Shown here piece by piece: positions 58,938 through 64,000 of a stretch of DNA of 64,000 nucleotides; position 1 is the first letter of the stretch; each line of letters starts with the position of its first letter. The notes under the pieces were generated by a model. It worked only from the letters and a program-made list of their open reading frames with translations, made no database searches and was not told the DNA's origin. The stretch is from the NCBI GenBank assembly GCA_031257115.1, contig JAIRPF010000044.1, positions 9,761 through 73,760 of the forward strand. Direction: 5' to 3'. The DNA comes from Accumulibacter sp. (GTDB lineage: Bacteria; Pseudomonadota; Gammaproteobacteria; Burkholderiales; Rhodocyclaceae). The position numbers were made by a program, and so were the translations under genes.

Positions 58938-59249
58938 ATGCCCAAAATGGCTTCGTTCGTAGTAATGCGCGCTCTGAAGCGGTTGGGGGGCGATCTGAAG
59001 GACGCTCGCCGCCGCCGTCGCATCAAGACCGCCCTGATGGCCGAGCGCGTGGGCGTGACGCGCGCGACCCTGGATCGCATGGAGAAAGGATCGCCGAGCG
59101 TGGGAATGGGCATCTATGCCACGGCGATCTACAGTCTCGACCCTGACAAGCTCGAAGCCCTGGCGACGATTTTCGGCAACGACACGCTGGGACAGGCCAT
59201 TTCCGATCGTGAATTGCCGAAACGCATTCGCGGAAGATCGGCGCTGTGA
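58938..59249 (+). CDS. XRE-family HTH antitoxin (HipB-like)
   Basis: LKDARRRRR...MAERVGVTRATLDRMEKGSPSVGMG; GTGA overlap with hipA. Confidence 0.8.
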   Translation: MPKMASFVVMRALKRLGGDLKDARRRRRIKTALMAERVGVTRATLDRMEKGSPSVGMGIYATAIYSLDPDKLEALATIFGNDTLGQAISDRELPKRIRGRSAL

Positions 59250-59743
59250 AGCTCATCGTCACGATGGATTGGCCTCCGTGCCCCGGCAAGGTCGGGGAAC
59301 TGGAAGTGTTCAGTTCGCGCGGCGCGGAAACGTACCAATTCACTTACACCAAGGAATGGACGAAAAACGGATTTCAGATCGATCCCGCGTTGCCGCTGGT
59401 TCCTGGCCTGAAGCAACACAGCCAGAAACTTCCCGGCGCTTTCGAGGATATTTCACCGGATCGCTGGGGCCGGATGGTGCAAAAGCGCGCCCGTGGGGGA
59501 TACATGAGCGATGCCGATTTCATGGTCGGCGTCAGCGACATGATGCGCATGGGGGCGCTACGACTGGCGCGCGCCGAGTCTCCGGACACGTTCATCGCCG
59601 CCAACACCGACGTTCCAAAGCTGGTCGATTTGCGAGAACTGGAAGCGGCTTGCCTTCGCATCGAAAAAGGGCAGGAAACGGACAGTGATCTGCGCCAATT
59701 GCTGGGGCCGGGATCGTCCCTGGGCGGCGCGCATCCCAAAGCC
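59246..59743 (+). pseudogene. hipA: HipA-family kinase toxin, C-terminally truncated
   Basis: HipA N-terminal coupling region, DISPDRWGR, RMGALRL; breaks right after SSLGGAHPKA. Confidence 0.8.
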
Positions 59744-59906
59744 GGGGTGCCTGGAATCTTGCCCATCTTCGGATACGCGGACAGTTTTGCCGCCGCATCG
59801 CTGAAAAGCGCATCCAGACGGGTAGCCGCGCCTGGATTGTCAGCCGCGATGTAGTCCAAATGTCGGCACGGTCTTGTTCCGCCTCCGGCGTCCAGACAAC
59901 AATCAT
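59744..59906 (-). pseudogene. RelE/ParE toxin, frameshifted and truncated
   Basis: MIVVWTPEAEQDRADIW, then a 1-nt shift to DYIAADNPGAATRLDALF...MGKIPGT, ending at the hipA junction. Confidence 0.75.
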
Positions 59907-60184
59907 GCCTGGTTTGCCATTATCTGGTGACGCTTGGCGGCGAACGCGGCTTCGACCTCGCCGTTTGACCAGCCCCGGCCGGCGCGCATCGAGGCGCGGC
60001 CAGCTTCGACCTTGTGGCGCAGATAATCGTCATATTCGCGGGCCTGCCGGCGCTGTTCGATATAGTCGCGCATCAGTTCGCGCATGACCTGCGATGCTGG
60101 CCGATCTTCGACGGCAGCTTCGGCCATGAATTCGGCACGCAGTTCCGGATCCAGTTTCATCGTGAAAACGGCTTCTTTAGACAT
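59903..60184 (-). CDS. CopG/RHH-type antitoxin
   Basis: MSKEAVFTMKLDPELRAEF...RPASQVMRELMRDYI; ATGA overlap with the toxin. Confidence 0.8.
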   Translation of the reverse strand: MSKEAVFTMKLDPELRAEFMAEAAVEDRPASQVMRELMRDYIEQRRQAREYDDYLRHKVEAGRASMRAGRGWSNGEVEAAFAAKRHQIMANQA

Positions 60185-60400
60185 GGCGTACATCCTTGCG
60201 ACAAGATACTTGCATTGTCTATACACATTATCAGTATTTGGCAAGCCGTTTCCCCATTCCGATCATCGGTCGTGGCAAGACGTGTATCATGCGCCTTGCC
60301 CGAACGGGAAAATGGCCTGGGCAGGCATCCCGAATCGTTGAGCGAGATGATGAACGAGGCAGTCGCCTGATTTTCCGGTTTCGCTCGATTGGATCATTCA

Positions 60401-60631
60401 ATGACACGCACCATTGGCCGCCGCAAGGAGCGCCGCATCACCTTCTCCGCCTCCGCCGAACTCCTGGCCGAGGGGGCGCGGTTCAATGATGAATTACACC
60501 GGCTGCCCACCGGCAATCGGACTTTCATCCCCAAGGGGGTCATCCGCTTCAAAAGCCACGAAGAGATGAATCGCTACGATCTGGAATGCTTGGCATTGGG
60601 CATGGCTCGCGTCGCCCTGGAGCGCTCCTGA
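60401..60631 (+). CDS. small hypothetical protein coupled to the nucleotidyltransferase
   Basis: 76 aa ...KGVIRFKSHEEMNRY...; TGATG overlap with the next gene. Confidence 0.6.
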   Translation: MTRTIGRRKERRITFSASAELLAEGARFNDELHRLPTGNRTFIPKGVIRFKSHEEMNRYDLECLALGMARVALERS

Positions 60632-61158
60632 TGGAAGAATACAGCCGTCCGGCCACTTTCGAAGACCTCAAGACCCTGATCCTGGCCCTGGATGGGCAAG
60701 GTGCCGACTATCTTCTGATTGGCGGTTACGCCTTGTTTGCTCATGGTTATCATCGGGCCACCGTCGATATCGACGTGCTTGTGCCCGCTACCCGGTCGTC
60801 CGGCGAAAAGGTGCGCAACGCCATGATGATATTGCCCGATCGGGCGGCCAAGGACCTCGATCCCGCCTGGTTCGAGGAAGGCGACAACATCCGCGTGGCG
60901 GACGCTTTCGTGGTGGACATCATGCTCAACGCCTGTGGCGAAACTTTCGAGACCCTGAAACAGTACGCCGAAACCGTGGAATTGGATGGCGTTCCCATCC
61001 GCACCGTCAATCTGGAGGGTTTGTTGTTGACCAAGCGAACCATGCGCGACAAGGATGTGGCCGACCGAATCGTCCTGGAGCGGGCGCTGGAGACGCTCCG
61101 GCGGCAACAGGCCAGGAAAACGGAATCTGATACGACATTCAAGCCAGCAACTCATTAG
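60631..61158 (+). CDS. nucleotidyltransferase-fold protein (DUF6036/AbiEii-like)
   Basis: LIGGYAL..HG..RATVDIDVLV (GG...DxD), VDIM, LLLTK...RDKDVAD. Confidence 0.75.
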   Translation: MEEYSRPATFEDLKTLILALDGQGADYLLIGGYALFAHGYHRATVDIDVLVPATRSSGEKVRNAMMILPDRAAKDLDPAWFEEGDNIRVADAFVVDIMLNACGETFETLKQYAETVELDGVPIRTVNLEGLLLTKRTMRDKDVADRIVLERALETLRRQQARKTESDTTFKPATH

Positions 61159-61295
61159 CGGCAGGCATTCATGCCTGCCGCTGTGAACGAACCTGGAAGG
61201 GGTTTGCACTCCTCCCAAGTGGCTACGGTCGAAACCCCGGCCTTCAGGCCGGGGTTCCAGCCTTCGCGCCGCCCTGAAGGGCAGGGTTTCAAACC
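61157..61295. repeat. cluster of REP-like hairpins
   Basis: agcggcaggcattcatgcctgccgct, aaccccggccttcaggccggggtt, gccctgaagggc. Confidence 0.65.
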
Positions 61296-61447
61296 GGAGT
61301 CAGTTTTATGATGAATGAAGCCGCCAGCCGCGCGATACCGAGGGGAAACAAAGTTTCCGGCAAGATCGTCATTCCGCGCGGGACGTCAAAGCCTCGTACA
61401 AGAGGATTCTTGCCGATATAATGGTGAATTCACATGGAGGGAGTAGC

Positions 61448-62482
61448 ATGAAGACAGCGATAATTACCGGCATCACCGGCCAGGACGGCGCTTATCTCGC
61501 CGAGCTTTTGCTGGGCAAGGATTACGTCGTTTACGGCGCTTATCGCCGCACCAGCTCGGTCAATTTCTGGCGTATCGAGGAACTGGGCCTGCGGGATCAT
61601 CCGAATCTGCGTCTGGTCGAGCATGATCTGACGGATTTGTCCGCCAGCATCCGCCTGCTTCAAACGACCGGGGCGACCGAAGTGTATAACCTGGCGGCGC
61701 AGAGTTTCGTCGGCCTGTCGTTCGACCAGCCGGCCACGACGGCGGAAATCACGGGGCTGGGCGCGTTGAATCTGCTGGAGGCGATCCGCGTCGTCGATCC
61801 GAAAATCCGTTTCTATCAGGCCAGCACGTCGGAAATGTTCGGCAAGGTGCAAGAGATTCCGCAGGTGGAGACGACGCCGTTTTATCCGCGCAGCCCCTAC
61901 GGCGTCGCCAAGCTGTACGCGCACTGGATGACGATCAACTACCGCGAGTCCTACGACATCTTCGGGTGCTGCGGCATTTTGTTCAATCACGAGTCGCCGT
62001 TACGCGGGCGCGAGTTCGTGACGCGCAAGATCACCGACAGCATGGCCCGGATCAGGCTGGGCAGGCAGGAAACGTTGGAACTCGGCAATCTGGACGCGAA
62101 ACGCGACTGGGGTTTCGCCAGGGAGTACGTCGATGGCATGTGGCGCATGTTGCAGGCGGATCAGCCCGATACCTATATCCTCGCCACCCACCGCACCGAG
62201 ACGGTGCGCGATTTCGTGTCGATGGCGGGCAAGGCCGTGGGCTTCGATCTGGCGTGGGAAGGCCGCGCCGAGCGGGAAATCGGTATCGACAGGCAGTCCG
62301 GCAGGACGCTGGTCAAGGTCAACCCCCGGTTCTACCGGCCGGCCGAAGTCGAACTGTTGATCGGCAATCCGGTCAAAGCGAAGTCGGTGCTGGGCTGGGA
62401 AGCAAAAACCACGCTGGAGCAACTTTGCGAGATGATGGTACGGGCGGACATGCGGCGCAACGAAACGGGGTTCTCATTCTGA
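61448..62482 (+). CDS. gmd: GDP-mannose 4,6-dehydratase
   Basis: [52 protein letters not shown]. Confidence 0.96.
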   Translation: MKTAIITGITGQDGAYLAELLLGKDYVVYGAYRRTSSVNFWRIEELGLRDHPNLRLVEHDLTDLSASIRLLQTTGATEVYNLAAQSFVGLSFDQPATTAEITGLGALNLLEAIRVVDPKIRFYQASTSEMFGKVQEIPQVETTPFYPRSPYGVAKLYAHWMTINYRESYDIFGCCGILFNHESPLRGREFVTRKITDSMARIRLGRQETLELGNLDAKRDWGFAREYVDGMWRMLQADQPDTYILATHRTETVRDFVSMAGKAVGFDLAWEGRAEREIGIDRQSGRTLVKVNPRFYRPAEVELLIGNPVKAKSVLGWEAKTTLEQLCEMMVRADMRRNETGFSF

Positions 62483-62483
62483 A

Positions 62484-63422
62484 ATGGCCATCGCGCTCAT
62501 CACGGGCATCGCGGGTTTCACCGGGCATCATCTGACCCAGGATTTGCTTGCCCGTGGCTATCGGGTCGCGGGACTGGACCAGGCGCGCGGCGAACCGGCC
62601 GGGGGCGCTCCGCCGCCAGACGCGGGGCCGGTAATGACCTATCGTTGTGACTTGATGGATCGCGCGGCGACGTTCGACGCCGCGCGGCGCATCGCGCCGG
62701 ATGTCGTCGTGCATCTGGCGGCCATTTCGTTCGTGGCGCATGGCGACGCCGAGGCCATCTACCGGATCAACGTCGCCGGTACGCGCAACCTGCTGGAGGC
62801 GCTGTCCTCGCTGGAAAAAAAGCCTTCGGCCGTGCTGCTGGCGAGCAGCGCCAACATTTACGGAAATGCGACGGTCAGCCCGATCGATGAATCCGCGCCG
62901 CCGAATCCGGCCAACGATTACGCGGTCAGCAAGCTGGCGATGGAATACATGGCGCGGCTGTGGATGGATCGCCTGCCGATCGTCATCGTCCGCCCTTTCA
63001 ACTACACGGGCGTCGGCCAGGCGCCGCAATTCCTGCTGCCGAAAATCGTCCGGCATTTCCAGCGCGGCGAGAAAATCATCGAACTGGGCAACATCGACGT
63101 CGAGCGGGATTTTTCGGACGTGCGTTTCGTGAGCCGGGCCTATTGCGGGCTTCTGCAAAAAGCGCCCGCCGGAGAGGTGTTCAACGTGTGTTCCGGCAAC
63201 GTTTATTCGCTCAAGCGGATTCTGGCCATGATGGCCGAAATCGCGGGGTATGAAATCGAAGTACGGGTCAATCCCGCGTTCGTGCGGGAAAACGAGGTCA
63301 GGCGGCTGGAGGGAAGCAACCGTAAGCTGCTTGGCGTGGTCGGCGATCTGCCGACCATGCCGTTGCGCGATACCTTGACATGGATGATGGCGGCATCGGA
63401 CGGCGGGCGGCTTCACGGATGA
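62484..63422 (+). CDS. rmd: GDP-4-keto-6-deoxy-D-mannose reductase (Rmd-like extended SDR)
   Basis: TGIAGFTG, HLAAISFV, YAVSK, RPFNYTGVGQ, GNIDVERDFSDV; directly follows gmd. Confidence 0.75.
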   Translation: MAIALITGIAGFTGHHLTQDLLARGYRVAGLDQARGEPAGGAPPPDAGPVMTYRCDLMDRAATFDAARRIAPDVVVHLAAISFVAHGDAEAIYRINVAGTRNLLEALSSLEKKPSAVLLASSANIYGNATVSPIDESAPPNPANDYAVSKLAMEYMARLWMDRLPIVIVRPFNYTGVGQAPQFLLPKIVRHFQRGEKIIELGNIDVERDFSDVRFVSRAYCGLLQKAPAGEVFNVCSGNVYSLKRILAMMAEIAGYEIEVRVNPAFVRENEVRRLEGSNRKLLGVVGDLPTMPLRDTLTWMMAASDGGRLHG

Positions 63423-63495
63423 GGAATATCCCGGCATTGGTTGCTTCTCCGGAAGGGTTCGATGCCCCGGCTCGATCCGTCGAAAGAAAAACCGG

Positions 63496-64000
63496 ATGAT
63501 CGCCGCTCAGAAAATACGCGCCGGGATCAATGCCACGGCATTGCTTTCCCCGCGCACGGGGATCGGCAAATATGTTTTCATGCTGGGCAGGGAATTTCTT
63601 TCCTCGGCGGAGATCGATCCGAGCTTCTTTTACGCGAAACATTGGAGCAATGCCTTGCGAGAGGAGTCCCTGCCCCATGTCGAGTTGATCAAAGCCTGCA
63701 AGAAATACATTCCCTGCGCCTATGCGTTGTCACGCATCGCCATGCAGGCGCGTTTCAGCGCGGGAATGCGGAGCAGGTCACTGGACATCTACCATGAACC
63801 GAACTATCTGGCCTATCGTTTCAATGGGCCGACGGTGATTACCGTCCACGATCTCTCTTGGATTCGCCACCCCGAAACGCATCCCGTGGATCGGATACGC
63901 GCCATGAATCGGTATTTCCCGCGATCCCTGGAACGCGCATCGGCCATCATCACGGATTGCCAGTTCGTCAGGAAAGAACTGATTGAAGCCTTTGGCGCGC
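63496..64000 (+). CDS. glycosyltransferase family 4, N-terminal part (runs off the right edge)
   Basis: Own translation: MIAAQKIRAGINATALLSPRTGIGKY...YHEPNY...VITVHDLSWIRHPE...IITDCQFV. Not in the ORF track. Confidence 0.85.
   Translation, partial: MIAAQKIRAGINATALLSPRTGIGKYVFMLGREFLSSAEIDPSFFYAKHWSNALREESLPHVELIKACKKYIPCAYALSRIAMQARFSAGMRSRSLDIYHEPNYLAYRFNGPTVITVHDLSWIRHPETHPVDRIRAMNRYFPRSLERASAIITDCQFVRKELIEAFGA

Overview
GC-rich bacterial chromosomal window, probably betaproteobacterial (inferred from the LeuS N-terminus at the left edge). Left to right: partial leuS and a DUF3334/CheX-like gene; a FadR-regulated TRAP + LeuA-like + 2-hydroxyacid dehydrogenase operon; a sigma54-driven nitrilase / PuuE-PgdA-like deacetylase / small CxxC protein / COG0523 GTPase operon; DUF1097 and an SDR. 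Next come two minus-strand operons, each led by a cobalamin riboswitch. The first is uncharacterised: CcsA-like, short ResB-like, lipoprotein SBP, FecCD permease, ATPase, ChlD-like, ChlI-like, ABC-2 exporter, then an AT-rich insert of immunity-like genes, a radical SAM gene and a cbiZ pseudogene. The second is an anaerobic cbiXCDETLFGHJ-cobO-DUF71-cysG operon. A RelB/DinJ + MazF hybrid TA pair sits between the two. From about 44.1 to 61.2 kb is a decayed mobile/defence island: Fic, TOTE primase-helicase remnant, Xis-like HTH, an intact and translationally coupled SNF2 - type III Mod - ABC ATPase - DUF4276 - type III Res locus, an IS607/TnpB remnant, broken GNAT, HipA and ParE toxins, and an intact small protein + nucleotidyltransferase pair. 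The window ends in gmd-rmd-GT4 polysaccharide genes. At least three families of short intergenic repeat elements sit at gene junctions. The strongest candidates for undescribed systems are the SNF2/type III R-M locus with a nested ABC-ATPase/DUF4276 module and the B12-riboswitch-controlled CcsA/ResB-chelatase operon. All family names come from motif recognition; no database searches were run.
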